DNA of 64,000 bases from Eledone cirrhosa. Taxonomy: Eukaryota. Below are positions 41,435 through 58,956 of this stretch, in pieces (within the stretch, counting starts at the first letter, position 1; each line of letters starts with the position of its first letter). The notes under the pieces are model-generated. The model was not told the DNA's origin, made no database searches, and saw only the letters and a program-made list of their open reading frames with translations. Position numbers and translations under genes: made by a program. The stretch is from the NCBI GenBank assembly GCA_964016885.1, contig OZ024740.1, positions 126,294,001 through 126,358,000 of the forward strand, written 5' to 3'.

Positions 41435-41614
41435 TAAATGTTCGAAACAGAAAAGAGGATAAAAAATACTTTAAATATCCAGTGAGAGTCGAAGCTGCGT
41501 ATTTTAGATGATGCTGCCTCCGTAAAAGGAGGCAGCATCATTTAAAAGATGCAGCTTCGACTCTCACTGCATATTTAAAATATTTTTATCCTCTCTGCTG
41601 TGTCGAAAATTTAA
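41435..41614. repeat. Long imperfect hairpin (~85-bp arms, short loop)
   Basis: ...CAGTGAGAGTCGAAGCTGC...ATGATGCTGCCTCC-GTAAAA-GGAGGCAGCATCAT...GCAGCTTCGACTCTCACTG... Confidence 0.85.
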
Positions 41615-43230
41615 GTTATTTAATATATTTTCCGGTGAAGCCTATGCTACCGAATGATAGTTACTATAAATCTCCAGGTTATTTAAAAGGATCTAAACTA
41701 ACATTTGACGTCCAATTAAGTAATATTAAGTAAATGAGAAACGAATATCATCATGGCTGGAAATTAGTCATTCAAATTTAACTTGTATAATTAAACTGTT
41801 TCCTGATTGCTATAAATACAGATACACGTTGATTCAATTGGAGCTTGTAGCAGACTCCATAACCAATGAAGCAATATGGTAGTATTTGCACTTTATAATC
41901 AGTTATTCTTCGTCTATGACATATATTCGTTAAAAAAAATTAGACTGTTAGAATTAAGTAAGGCCGTATCTTATTAAATTGTTCATTGAAATAACGATGT
42001 TGTCTCAGTTGTGAATAGCTGTGTCCATGTGTGTATGCATGACTAATATTATGTGGAGGTGCTTGAATGGCAAAAAACACCATAAATCCAATTAAATATA
42101 TCGTTTATAAGAGAACCTGTATTTACTAGAATACCAAAGAAGTGAATCACACTTGGTGTAATTGCTTTAGTTTACAATTGTTAATAGGAAAACGAAAAAC
42201 AAGCGAAAAAAAATTACGTCTGTGCTTGGCGTGAGTGCTTTCCAAACAAATAATGTTTATATATAACCTAATAGAAATATTGTTTTTCCAATAATTTCAG
42301 TGTCACCCTGATATAGATGGTAAAGTAATAAAATCAAATAATTACATAAACTATATGATTTCTTCTCACTATAATACTTGAATGTTTACAATGGAAGTAA
42401 CTGAAACAAAGAGGAATCAAAGAGCACTACAAACGAAAGAATCTATTCAGACGAACAATGAAAGTCAATATATGGAAAACAAAAATTCTCCAATGGTTAA
42501 AGTTATTAATGTGTAAAGATAGAAGCTGTAATTTTTTTATTTGTTTTCAATGTATTACTTTTCACCTTTGAAAACATTGGACTGTTGAAATTTTCAATGC
42601 TTAAAATGGCGTATGTAGTGTATTTAAACCATATTTGCTGATAGAAGGAAGTGAAATCTACTGAGGTAGCATTTGAAGTAGAACGTAAAATAAATTGACT
42701 TTGGCGTAATTTGTCAATTTTAAAGTCGAGGTACCGGAAACATTCTGAATAAAGGCTTTTGATAAGCGATGGCAATGAAAAGAAGTTCATGGAAATTTGT
42801 CTTTTGATCAAAAGGAATGACTATCCTTGGTATTAGAAAGATTAGCGAATTAGTAGAGAATAAAAGATCTTTAAGCTAGAATGATAATTTATTTAGTACC
42901 AAAGTTGAAAACATTGACATTTCGATGGCATTTCAGATGTAACCAACTGTGGTTTCTTGAGATCTTCATTCATCATTATAATAGCTAAATAAAGTTAAAG
43001 TACTTAATGAGCAGCAATATGAAATTCATAAATATGCACATTTATATATACATACGAAAACATACACTCACATATATCCTCACGCAAACACACAAACACA
43101 CATACATATGTATATAAATATGGTGTGCACATTTAAAGAACGATGAAAAATATATAAATACATACATATGCATATATATATATATATATTCACATATATG
43201 GTTAATAATATATCAAATTGGATTCATATG

Positions 43231-43289
<59 letters not shown>

Positions 43290-43324
43290 ATATATCTATA
43301 TCTATATATCTATATATATATATA

Positions 43325-43466
43325 GTATTAAGGACACTATTTATGGTTATGTATATACTAAAACCTTTTATAGTTATATATATTTTAAACCCTAAACAGT
43401 GAAAGACAGTAATTTATTACTACCTTATTACCGGTAAGATAAATAGCTCAATGTTCTACAGAGCAG

Positions 43467-43471
<5 letters not shown>
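43325..43471 (-). mobile_element. Family E tail-only insertion
   Basis: Matches 31187-31345, with (TA)n flanks. Confidence 0.75.
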
Positions 43472-43545
<74 letters not shown>

Positions 43546-43547
43546 TT

Positions 43548-45886
<2,339 letters not shown>

Positions 45887-45951
45887 CACATATGTATGAA
45901 TATATATGTATCTATATACATATGCATGTGAATATATATATGCGTACTTTT

Positions 45952-46081
<130 letters not shown>

Positions 46082-47065
46082 CGTTTCTGTGAGTATATAC
46101 CGAGTGAGAGTGAGCATGTGTGTTTGGTGCGGTGACCTAGTGTTTTGTGTTTTATATGAATAGGATGGCAAATGTAGTAATGTAGGATGTTAACATTATT
46201 TATTGCTTACATATACGGAACAATATCTGCCTTGTATAAAGTCAAAACTAATAGATAAATAAGTGTTCATTCCGACTAATCATAACATTATTTAACGCAC
46301 TACATCGTTTACCACAAATACATGGAAGTATTGTATCGCACGCGCACCAGATTTTGTCTTGGAGTATTCTCGTGATGTGTTGATTAACAGATTATTACAG
46401 TTAATATATGTGTGCGCTGTTTATTGATGAACGTATTCCCGAAATCAAATAATTACAGACAAAATGGTTAGAAGATTGGACAGGATACATCATGTTACCA
46501 TGCTGGAAAATGGTATGACTGGCAAACGTTTCTTAGTGGAAACACTTGCTGTACATGTTGCAGCTCCGTTTTGTTTAACACATCCGTGTCCAGTCGTCCT
46601 GGCATGCTTGTTGAATTCCTTAACAATTTTGTTAAGACTTAACTGTTAATGGTTATCTACCGCCTCCAATGAAATATGGTGCTATTGCACCCTATTTGTC
46701 AAGGTATTTTACATGCTCACGGTGAAGTGTCTTGGAATGTTACTCAACTAAAAATTGAATTCCTTTGAATATATAGGGTTTATTAAATTCAGATATCTGT
46801 GGCGGTATTGATTGCATTGATATACAAATATTCTTCTTCTTCTTCTTCTTCTTCTTCTTCTTCTTCTATACATAGGATCGTGAGGGCCAATTCCTCAAAC
46901 ACACCTGCTGAATGGAATGGATTGATTTGAAACAAAATATCTGGCACAATGTCAATACATGCCACCGTAAATCTAATCCATGGACACACCATCATAAGCT
47001 GAACACCCTAATAACTACGCCGCACTTGCTGCACACCATATCGTCATATATATGAGATATATGAC

Positions 47066-47102
<37 letters not shown>

Positions 47103-47110
<8 letters not shown>

Positions 47111-47321
47111 GGGAGGTTCTTTTTTTTTTTTACAAAATGAAAAATAACCGAGGTGTACTACACGAGTGAAAGTATAAAGAAAAAGAGATGAAATCGAAAA
47201 TGCAACTGGAGTCTTATTTTTTTTTTAAATATATATATTTATTTGGTTCCTTTACCGGTTTCGCAGTTCTTCTGCTTTTCAAAAGGTGAGTTGAGATGGA
47301 GGGTCTGTAGTTTTTCTCACA

Positions 47322-47325
<4 letters not shown>
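47103..47325 (-). mobile_element. Family C copy
   Basis: Reverse complement of ~20060-20251. Confidence 0.8.
47249..47286 (-). ncRNA. Minimal hammerhead ribozyme with a U3-A8 core variant
   Basis: Minus strand: CCTT-TTGAAAA-GCAG-AAGAA-CTGC-GAAA-CCGG-TA-AAGG. Confidence 0.7.
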
Positions 47326-47367
<42 letters not shown>

Positions 47368-47733
47368 AACGAGTAGGACCCCGACGGCTGAGCTCAAGCC
47401 GTTTCGACGGCTAATTGTGGACTAAAAAAAAAAAATATATATATATATATATTTTACCAGTATCACAAAAATACTGGTCCACCCACACACACACATTCTC
47501 ACACACACACACACACATATATACACACACACACACATATATATATATACACACACACATACACACGTGTACATTAACATACAAAGAGACATATACACAC
47601 ACACACACACACACACACCCACTTCTCCGTATAAGACAAGAGCTGAAAAATATCTTTTAACATGTTAAAATATCCCCCACACACTTACAGACACATTCCT
47701 ACTGACCAACCCTCTACCACGAATTACTCTGCT

Positions 47734-47786
<53 letters not shown>

Positions 47787-48354
47787 CACACACACACACA
47801 CACTTACACACACTTGTCTTAATAGGCATTTGAACTGTCAACAGGCTGCGGTTCGCACACACATCCCTGCTGACCATTATCACAACAACGAACCTCTTTA
47901 CTACTACTACTACTACACACACACACACACATATTTGTTTTGAAAGACTTATTTTTCAGTGACTTCTCAGCCGACACAAACCTAGATTTGGCGCAAAATC
48001 AATTTTTAACATTCACATGACCTCTGCCGACCAATCCAAATTGTTTTGACCACAAGAATTTTTGCAACACGAATTGGCGCGAAACTTATTTTAATAGAGC
48101 TGGAGCCACTTTTTTCACATAAAACAGGTAGAATTTCCAAAACTAATCAGATTAGAGCAAACATCACCGGCGCTTTATCTCAAAATTATTTTTGAAAAGC
48201 ATTAGAAATGCGCAACCGGTAAAGCTTAGAACCAAAACTTAATACTAATCAATAGTATTACTAATTTTCACTTATTCCTAATTAAACTATTTTTCACTGT
48301 GAACAATTTGTCAGCATATTCTTTTCCGTTTACCAATATATATATATATATAGT

Positions 48355-49098
48355 TATTAAAATAACAGATTAAAGTTTAAGCAAAAAATCGCTGCTTTCA
48401 CCCTTAACGGGATCTTCTGAAACTAAAAAAGTCAATCTGTGAACTCAGAAGTCAATATTTAAAAAGACGTTGCAACCGTAGGAAGACTGGAAGACGAGAC
48501 TTTGGTTCGTGGAAACGTCCCCTGGCAAAGAACGGAAGAAAACGTCATTATTTGATGCGGCGAGAACAATTACACGCAAAGACAAAACCACGTTTATGGC
48601 ATAAATAAAGTCGTAGACTAATATTCTATTAGGTGGTTCATGCAGAGGTTCTCTGGCAATGAACGGAAAAAACGAAGATAATCCGTCATTATGTGGGGCA
48701 ATGTGAAAAATTACACGTACAGACAAAACCACGCAAATTGTATAACTGAAGTCTAAAACCACGCAAATTGTATAACTGAAGACTAAAATTCTATTTAGGA
48801 AACCGAATGATTCTCGACTTCAGAGTTAAGAATAAAGTAAATAAAATACAGAGGTAATTGAAATTAAATATATACATACACGCATCCAAATACGTACATA
48901 CACAGACATACGCGAAAACACTCGCCATGGGTATGCAAATACAAGCACGTACACAAAAAAACAACAACAACAAACACGCATGCACATACGGAACCCACGC
49001 AACGCCTTACCCACACACATACGAACGTATGCACCAAATACACATAAACATATATCGAGCCCTCTTTGGATTTTAGTCTTCAAATTTATTATTATTAC

Positions 49099-49100
<2 letters not shown>
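48355..49100. mobile_element. Family B copy (~700-bp inverted part plus 47-bp forward tail end)
   Basis: 48355-48880 is the reverse complement of ~7890-8416, and 49054-49100 is the tail end. Confidence 0.8.
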
Positions 49101-49153
<53 letters not shown>

Positions 49154-49179
49154 CTATAAATATATATATATATATATAC

Positions 49180-49267
<88 letters not shown>

Positions 49268-49849
49268 GAATAAAGTGGTCCTTCATCACTGATCTTCCAA
49301 CCATCATCGGTATTTCTTTGCGAGCAACGGCTAAAGAAAGTCGTTGGGACATGTAAATAAAGGGAACAGCGAGAGTGTAAACAAACAAAAATGGTGAAGC
49401 AACGAAAAGTGAGGAAGAGCGAGTCAAGATATATAAATATATATATATATATATATCTTTTCTACACGTCTTTTACACACCACGCCTCTCAACGTACACA
49501 CACTTACATCTCTCTCTCCACCACCGGATCTATCTTGTTACCCGGAGATTTACCCATTTGCATTGTCGAGGCTTCCAAACGACTTAAAGATATTTACCTA
49601 TTATTCCACAATGCTTCAAGCAAACTTCAATACTCTCTTATATATATATGTGTGTGGGGGGGGGGGGCGTTTTGTGTGCGTGCGTTTATGTATGTGTGGG
49701 TTGATTTATTGATAGAATTTCTGCATTCATCGGGAGTGAGTTGTCGTTATAGTATTTTTCTATCGCTATAGATATCCGCTAAATGCACGCTAATATCTTT
49801 ATCATTGACACCGCTGCCAGTTACAGTCGCCCAAATAATATGGAAACAC

Positions 49850-52560
49850 ACCTACATTCAAAGATAATCACATCGGAACACAAACGAAACTTTCAAAGAG
49901 TTTTTCGCCAATCAAAGAATGTCGAACGAAGTTAGACAATAGAGTACAATTCAAGAAAGAAAGAAACGAATTACTCAACAAATGGACGAATACAACATTG
50001 TTATTGGAATACAGATGATATTTTTGTAATTATCGATTTCTTCGTTAGCTGCACACTCTAAAACTCTATAGACGTTTTGTATGAAATTCTGTGAAGCACA
50101 TGCGCTTCTTACGAGTAGCCGAAATAGGAAAATATAACAACTAACAAACACAATATATAGAACATTTTAACGATGAAGATAGAATCAACGTAGCTAAAAT
50201 ATATAAGGTAAACTATAAAACGCAACAAATTCCATCCCATAATGATATACAGATGACCGACCAACAAAAACAGATTCAGGACAACGCAGACAAAAATGTA
50301 AATGAAAGGAAATATTTGGACGAAAATGTAGGTAAAATAAATCCTAAAGACGAAATTCAGGATCACAATAGTACAAAGTTGGAAATAATCCAAGAACTCC
50401 AAACAATAGAAAATCTAAGTACGAAGGAATATACCTCCCAAAAGTAAAACATCAGTGGTAAATTAGCTATAAATAAATAACCTAATCCTCATAGGCCTAA
50501 TTAACACAAACAGAAGAATATAATATCACAAAGCTCAGTTATATAATGTATTCAGCACCCACTGTTGTTACAGAAGAACATACTGTATCCCCTTAGATTT
50601 ACACAAACAAAAATAACAAGGGACACAAGCTTGTGAACCACAAATATCTTTAAAAAGATAGAAATTAAACGAACAAACTTCTAAATCCTAAATGAGATGA
50701 GAAAGAAAACAACACAACTAGGAGAAAGTAAGAAACTAAAAATACAACATAACATACAGAGAAATCACCGAAATGATGGAATGCCTAACACTAGTACTGA
50801 CAAAGGCACAAATAATCCGGAGATATAAAAACGCAATCTCTGTTAAAAAAAATAAAGGAATGTTAATCTAGCTCAAAACGATTCTACTAGGTACTTATAA
50901 GCAAATTAGAGATAAATGTAGACGCCATATTAAACGATGTCGAAGAGTTCTGGAAAGTTTTCTAAGCAGCAGGGTAATCTCTACGCACAGGTGTAATTAG
51001 AAAAATAAACATAGCCTCAGCATAATTGTGGGAAGACATCAAAACAGAAGAGTTGAACCAACAAAAGAATGCATGCAATTAGAAAACACCGACACATGAC
51101 ACGATTCAGAAAACTGGCTAAGAGGAACTGGAATTAACGCCGAGACTGAAGGATTTCTATTTGCATTTCAAGATGAAACCCCCATACCAGAAACCAACAA
51201 AAATATAATGAACTCGATCTTTTTAAGTAACTGCACAATGTGGTATTGGGGGAGCAACAATTAATCACATAATTTCGTCGTTGCCAATATGAATATGTCT
51301 ACAAACATGACAGATTTGGGATTTACGAGATGTATCAGAAAAGTAACAGGATTTAGTGTGCTGTTTGAGGTATGAGCGACGTAGAGATTAGCGGGATGTG
51401 CCACCGTATGCCGTAATATCCGTGGAGTAAATAACCATTGTATGTTTTTCACGTTCTTTTGTTAACTGGTCCTCAATTTTAGACTGCTGAGCGATGTGCA
51501 AAGAGCAACGAACTAACCTGAAGGTTCTTCTCCGGATGGGGGAACACTATACGAGAAGCACTTGGAATACTGCAGCAGGTGTACAGAGGTGAGACGATTT
51601 CGCGCTCACGTGTTATCATGTAGCACAAAAAGTTCAAAGATGCATGCAAGGACGGGTAAGTCGACTCCAGGAGAGGATAGCCTCCAACGAGAAGGACTGG
51701 GGTCAACATTGAGAGTGTGAGGAATGTGGTTCGTGGCTATTGTCGGCTGACTGCTCGATTTATCGCATATAAACTGGATGTGAACTGCGACAGCGTTTGG
51801 AAAATAATCACCAAAGATTTGGGCATGCGAGAGATCAGCGCGAAGATGGCGTCGAAGCTACTGAATGATGAATCAGACTTTTTCTTTTCCACAAGCTCAT
51901 GACAATCATCAAGGGGACCTGGTTTCTGGATGTGAAAGCTATCAAGAGGACCGTGAATACGGAGCTTCGGAGAGTCACGGGAGAATCTTCCAATGCATGT
52001 ATAATGAATGATAGGAAAGTGCATTTGATCCGCGGGGGGTTAATTTGAAGGGAAAACTCGCAATTTGCAGTTTGGATTTGAAATGTACTTTTCCTTTTCA
52101 GAAACATCTCGTATATACACTGGACGATATGCTAATGCTACAAAATAACCAACAGACAAATACATTTTCTCCAGGCACACACCAGTCAAATCGTCCATCA
52201 ATGTAAACATACTCTGGTACGTGCCAATGCACATACAGAGGCATACCAAAGCCAACCTATGGGATATTATAGTCAATGGCCCCGATTTAAAAACATCTCT
52301 TCTAATTGATGTACACTTCTCTACGGACAACAATCTATCTATTAAAGAAATAGAAAATCTATCCAAATATAAAGATCTGGAAAAACAAATAACCCGAATG
52401 ATGTTTATGAACATAGAAACAATCCCTATAATAATAGATTATTTGGCAATGATAAAACACATGAACAGACCCATACCCAAAATCAAGGAACTTCAAGTAC
52501 CGCACAGATATTAAAAAAAGAAATAAACACAGGAAAAACAAAACTGCATATACCCAAGGT
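49850..52560 (+). mobile_element. Decayed, internally deleted R4/Dong-like RLE non-LTR element
   Basis: WLRGTGINAETEGFLFAFQD, a CCHC-like remnant, KHDRFGI|YIHWTIC (split by the mariner), and LLIDV...DNNLSIKEIENLSKYKDL...ETIPIII. The RT core is not seen and the 5' boundary is approximate. Confidence 0.75.
51326..52111 (+). mobile_element. Internally deleted mariner DNA transposon
   Basis: TIRs CGAGATGTATCAGAAAAG / CTTTTCAGAAACATCTCG with TA on both sides. The transposase N-terminus reads EQRTNLK...EALGILQQVY...RLTAR.IA.KL...SVWKIITKDLGMREISAKM..KLLND. Confidence 0.9.
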
Positions 52561-52599
52561 GGTTGACATACATGTGCTTTGTAATGGAGTGACTAATGG

Positions 52600-52750
52600 T
52601 AATTATAATACTTGTTTCTACTGTGGGCATAAACCCGGTAATTTGACGGGAAGGGGAAAGTCGATTAAATCTACCCAGTGCATTATTTAGTGCTTTATTC
52701 TACCGACCCCGTAAGGATGAAGGGCAAAGCTAACCTCGGTGGGATTTTCC
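52600..52750 (-). mobile_element. SINE remnant (same superfamily as 3095); another 3' end at ~52900-52975
   Basis: CGACCCCGTAAGGATGAAGGGCAAAG core and TAGGCACAAGGCCAGCAA. Confidence 0.7.
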
Positions 52751-53149
52751 TGAGAAAACTATTACGCTTCCATGCCACAAATCCTATATAGATTGCAAAT
52801 GTAGAAATTCCACCGACCGGAATACCTGATTGGTAGATGTTGTAATCAAGGGGAAATAATCTAGTTGCAGAGACACGATGCCTTGTTTTTTATTAACAAT
52901 AATAATTATCATTTCAATTTTAGGCACAAGGCCAGCAATGTGATGGAGAGGAAAATCGATTAAATCACCCCCAAATAACAATACCTTCATTTATTTGTGA
53001 TGTAGGCGTGGGGTAAAGTTGACATTTCAAATATTTGTTACATTTGTAATGTAGGAGGGGGCTATATAGAAATGAGTAAGCAAATAAGAAGTAAACATAT
53101 ACCAGTGGGTATACATAGCATAAGATTTTGTAAGCCATTCAATTCTCCT

Positions 53150-56120
53150 GGTACTGAGAGCTGATGAATTAAGACTCAACCTTTACTCTTTTACATGGTG
53201 ATCATCACGATGGGTGCAATCAATAATAGGATTCGCCTTAAACACGACAACAGATTTTGAACATGATTTCACAAATCAGCAATACACAGGCATTGACAGG
53301 AGAAAACGGAACAATTGTGTCACTCTATGTACATCTCGGACAAATCTATCTAATAGCAATTCTATGTCTGTAGAATTATCTCAAACAAGCAATGCCCCGC
53401 ATCTACTTTGATAACACAGCCTGGTCAGTGATTCCTGAAAATTATTTCAAGTTTACGGACCAAAATTCTCCGGAACAGCCTAATCATTTCCTTTTCATCG
53501 ACAACCCGGATTTCCCCGAGAAGTTATCTCGCTTCCCTGCAACAAATACTCTATGGATTGTAGAACTTCCATCGACCGGGATATTACATTGGTAGAGGGT
53601 TGTAAGCACCTAGCAACATTTTAATTGCCAGACACCATGCTTTGTTATTTCCATCATCCGAAAATGCAGCTCAATCAAAGAAATGAACTGGGGAAAATGT
53701 GCGATTGAAAAAATGTTGCAGCCTCAGCACATGTTTGCGCACAAACCGCCCGGCATGCCGAAGACACATACAATGGGAGACGGTAACAAAAGGGCCATAT
53801 GATCCGTGGGACACGGCCATTCAACAAGAAGTCGAATATCAGACGCTCCAATTTGGTTAGATGAGGACTGGGCAAGGCATAACAATCATGCAGTAAATGG
53901 TGACAGAGATGATGTAAACTTTCCCAAAATCTGCCCGACCTTTCCGCCACACTGCTCTTAAGCTTATCCCAGTTCCTGTCCACTTACGACCAGAATTTGC
54001 AACCCCACAGACATGTCCAATTTGGATCTTGATCCTGCCACCACTCCATATTCTTTTCTTTGGTGTCCAACATGCCTTCCGTATATGCCAATATTGCTCT
54101 TGCGCGTCTCAGTTCAAAGGGGTTGCATGTTAACTGTTCTATTGCTCAATACTAAACGGCTCTAAGATGTGCCGTTGCTCCACATTGACGTGATCCTGCT
54201 CTTGAAAACGAAACTGAAGCCAACCGCTATTAAGACATCCACCAATTAACGATGATCAATCTTATTAAAAGCTTTCGTTTAATCCACGTTGATCAAAGCG
54301 CCACCGCAGCTAGGCTTGCTCCCTATCATATTTCTGATGTATGGCATGAGATGGACGTTGTTATGAATAGATTTGTTCGGGATCGCTAATTGCGCTTCCC
54401 TGAACAACCCTCGACGACTTGGCGAACATCTTACATTTTGCATCCAGCAAAAATATAATTCGGAAATTATATATAACGTGTCCTTTGTTCGCGTTTTTCC
54501 CGTGTAGCATTAATACTTGGGAATTTCCCCGCTTTGATATCAGTAACATTAGACATCAATTAAAATGACACCGAACAATTCTGCCACATGCTCGTAATAC
54601 AAGTAGAGTAAAGTATCCAACCCATGAGATCGGCATCATGCTCACCCACTCACGGTATGCCTTATTTCAGTCGCCATTACTTAAATATCACAGCATTTCG
54701 AGTCACCCGTATAGTCATTCAGTTTGTTAAAGTACAAACAAAAGACCACCACTGTCTCCGAGTAGTCGCTAGTCGCTAGTACAGTTAGGCAAAAGGCAGC
54801 TGGAAACCTTTGCACTTCTGCCTAGAATAAAGCTGCTCCTTCCCATACGAATTCATCACATTTTGACTTTCTTTCCACGCCCACCTCCACTCGATCCTAT
54901 TGAACATGTTTCCTTTCTTCGTGTTTCACATTGAAAAGATGGCCGAGGGTCATTCTCCCAGGTCACAATGCATTGTCCAATTACATTAACTACGTTGCTT
55001 ACTCGCCCTTCCTGAAGTCTATTTTTCTCTGCTGCTACTTCCATGTCCACACTGGCACATATGGAAAATCCAGTCGTTACTTCATTTACATTTGGAAACG
55101 TCTGAGTGGGCCTGTGAGGCTGCTGTACACATTTCTCCTATGAACTAACACCAGAAAACCGTAGCGTGTCTACAATGCAATTCTATCCCACACTAGCACC
55201 AGAGAGCGCGAAATCTCGAGGAAAGCTTTTAGTCAACTAAACAGTCCGGTCATCCTGCCTGAGTCGGGAGAAGACAGGCAGTAGTAAAAAATGTCTTTTG
55301 GAGCAGGCGTTGACGAAATTCTTGTTTCACTGATGGCTAGTGTCTCTATGCCTAATGATCAAAGATCATAGACCAAATGACTTTTCTTCTAAGCCGATCT
55401 GAAGCCATCCATATGTATATTTCGCCCTTTAATTGCAGCTATGTCTGTTCGAAAAAATAAGTGCAGAGGTCACGCACCTGGGTACCCCGGAATATCGGTT
55501 TATCCATTCTTCTTGTTTGTTGCTTCAAATATTTGGTGCGAAAGAAACAATGTTTCCATGCGTTTGCCATAACCCTCTCCTTCGCTGAGTATGTTGCAAT
55601 TGTTTCTCACCTTTACAACCAACGCATTCTTGTTCTTTCGGACTACAGGGAAGTTGATGTAGGAGGACTGTGCTTGTGGAATTACCTGTTGCCCTATTTA
55701 TCTTTTTTCTTTGTTGTTTTTGTGATATTTAGTTATGCGGTTGTTGGGAATGTTGCTGTGGTGGTGATATGAGTGTGTGGGGTTTTAAGGAAAGATAACT
55801 GATACATGGGACCGGTATTCTCCTCTATTTTGGCTTACCTCTTGCGCAAACGTCCTTTGGTAGGTTTCTATCCTTATCGTTACTTGATAGAGTATCGGTT
55901 TCAGAGAGGTTTTCAGGCAGCAAATGGTAAAGAGATATCATCGCCTGTGTGCGCGTCAGTATTTGCCTTTTACTGGTGGAGTGCATTGTTGCGAGATTTT
56001 CATTTAGAGGTATTTGGTAGAGGATCCTAGTCTTGTTACCGTGATATTTTCTGCTATTGTTGTTGCTGCTGCGGATGGTTTTTTTTCTGGAAAAGTGGAG
56101 TTGTCCTTCTCTCAATGTCC
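53150..56120 (-). mobile_element. Decayed Tx1/L1-clade LINE
   Basis: Minus strand: ALINVD*TKAFNKIDHR (LDQxKAFD motif), LTKLERLIFDFL..G.VP, G(L)GMP. The ends are approximate. Confidence 0.6.
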
Positions 56121-56389
56121 TTAGATGGATGTTGGTACGGCAAATATGACTGTATAATAATATAATGACTAAGAATAATAGTAAATATTTATACTATATA
56201 CACACTGAGTCAAATAGAAATCCAATTTCACAAGAAGTGGAATTTAGTAGGCACATATGTACATAAATACTACAAACATTAAAACTGCACTGTTAGCCCT
56301 TCATACACAAACAAAATACAAACCGTGATCACATGAACACATGCTGCAAATGTATACATTCATGTACAAATATATATACAAATATATGA

Positions 56390-56421
<32 letters not shown>

Positions 56422-56974
56422 ATATATATATGTGCGCGCGTGTGTGCGTGCGTGTGTGTGCGTACATATACACACACATTCGCACACATATATACCAAGA
56501 GACAATAACTGTTTGTACAACAAACATTGTCAGACACAAAAACAATTTTAGTTCCTCCAAACAGCTCGTATTCAATTTTCTCCTTCCTCCACCAATGTCG
56601 CCAAATGAGCTACTTGTGAATTATCTGAGCAAATGCCAGCACACAACTACCAATCTGCTGAATAAATACGATACGATTATTGCTCTTACTCTATGATTTT
56701 CTTCTTCATTTATTCTTCTTATTTTTGTCGTTGAGTTCGTTGTTCCCATTGTTGTTTTGGTTCATAATGTTATTCCAGTTGTAATTGTTCTTCTTCTATA
56801 TTTAAATGTTCTTTTGCCATCTTATTTAGAAAGTTTTCCTTTGTCAGAAGAAAAGAATAAATATGAATACGCACTAAATAGGAAAGAAGGAAATAATTTG
56901 ACCTATATACGTGTTCATGATTACAAGATACGCTGCCAAATAAAAGCTACGAATGGCCTCTTTCTAGCTATTTA

Positions 56975-57042
56975 TATTTATTTATATGTATGCATATATA
57001 TATATATATATATGCATATATATATGCATATATATATGCATA

Positions 57043-57109
<67 letters not shown>

Positions 57110-57115
57110 GCATAC

Positions 57116-57201
<86 letters not shown>

Positions 57202-57336
57202 GTATATATAAATATAAGTATATATATGTACATATATATGTATATAAATATATATATACATATATATGTATATATATATTTATATACATATATATGTATA
57301 TATATATTTATATACATATATATGTACATATATTTG

Positions 57337-57371
<35 letters not shown>

Positions 57372-57426
57372 TTATATACATATATATGTATATATATATT
57401 TATATACATATATATGTACATATATT

Positions 57427-57474
<48 letters not shown>

Positions 57475-57650
57475 TGTATGTGTGAATGTATATGGATGCA
57501 TTTATGTATGTATGTATGTATGGGTGTATATATATATGCATGTATACATGTATGTAGAATATATTTATGTGCGTATGCCTGTATGTATGTATGCATGCCT
57601 GATGTTTGTTTGTATATATGTACACATGCATGCATGTGTGTATATTAATG
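56975..57650. repeat. ~670-bp compound (AT)n/(ATGT)n array with higher-order subrepeats
   Basis: Directly visible. It is one of dozens of (AT)n/(CA)n tracts in the window. Confidence 0.95.
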
Positions 57651-58259
57651 AATGTTTTACATACATATAAATATATTTGCCCACACAAACATGAACAGCA
57701 CATATAACATGCTTTCATATTTTATTATTAGTTTTTTCTTAGACATTTCGCTTTGGTTTTTGATGATTATAACTCTTTGAGCATTGCAGGAAAAACCTGC
57801 CTAACCATCCAATTAGAGCAGCAGTAAAATGGACAAAAGCAAGCAATCAGTAATTTTGCTAAATATATTATTAAGCCTTTTCAAAAGTAGCATATCGATT
57901 AGAAATTGTGTAATGATAAGGAATATTCCAGTAGTGATAACAAGTAATGCCTTTAACATTGGATGTACCTATCAATATATGGAATATTGTACAGTATAGC
58001 ATGGACAGTATTTGGTCAGAAATAGAATTTATCTATTTATATCTTTCAATCGCCATACTACACTTCTTTCATTCTATCTGTGTGTCAGTACTGCTTCTGC
58101 GTCTCACACTTTAGATATGCATAGACATTTATGTATGAATGTATGTATATATGTATGAATGTATGCATATATGTATATGTATATATATGTATGTATGAAT
58201 GTATGCATGTATATATATATGTATATATATATGAATATATGCATGTATATATATATTTT

Positions 58260-58622
58260 AGGAGAAGGAAAACTCTGATATAGCACCTGCAACCCTGATG
58301 GTATCCAATGATGACTTGTTCTTCTTTTTGGTAAATATAATCTTGGTTAAGAGAGTGGGACTGGCTTTGTGTAGTGCCTTTGTTCACTATAAAAGCTCCA
58401 CGGCACAGGCATTGCTTTATATCTGGAGATCTCTCTGCACTTGTCGTCACATGGTACCATGGGCCCAGCACTATGTGTCAATAATTGTCACAAATTTGTA
58501 CCAGAGTTTTAAAGTTGCTGGCTGGACTAAAAAGTCACAGTCGTTCAGCGCATCGGTAGGGGTCCTCACACATGGATATAAAGTAGTGGCCGTACTCAAA
58601 AACGAGTTGGCAGCCACCACCA
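58260..58622 (+). mobile_element. RTE LINE extreme 3' remnant with a C2H2 finger
   Basis: CTRVLKLLAGLKSHSRSAHR* is followed by TGGCCGTACTCAAAAACGAGTTGGCAGCCA, like 1653-1682. Confidence 0.6.
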
Positions 58623-58633
58623 TATATATACAC

Positions 58634-58702
<69 letters not shown>

Positions 58703-58816
58703 TAAGAGGAATTCCAACTTTGTCTGATTTACTCGTTTTATTTACAATCCTTTAAAATATATATAATGGTATTATAATGAAATAGTATGATAGAATATTA
58801 AATTCTAAGTGTTAAT

Positions 58817-58855
58817 TGAACAAGTACTTTCATGCTTTCGCAATCTTCAGGTTCA
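58817..58855 (-). ncRNA. Minimal type I hammerhead ribozyme (inverted pLTR)
   Basis: Minus strand: TGAAC-CTGAAGA-TTGC-GAAA-GCAT-GAAA-GTAC-TT-GTTCA. Confidence 0.85.
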
Positions 58856-58956
58856 TGATATGTGGTGACAGTCGAGTTTGCAATTTTCAACTGTAATGAG
58901 ATGGGTAAATTTCCTACCTTTTATACATTTTATACAGAGAAAAGTGGCTCCAGAAT

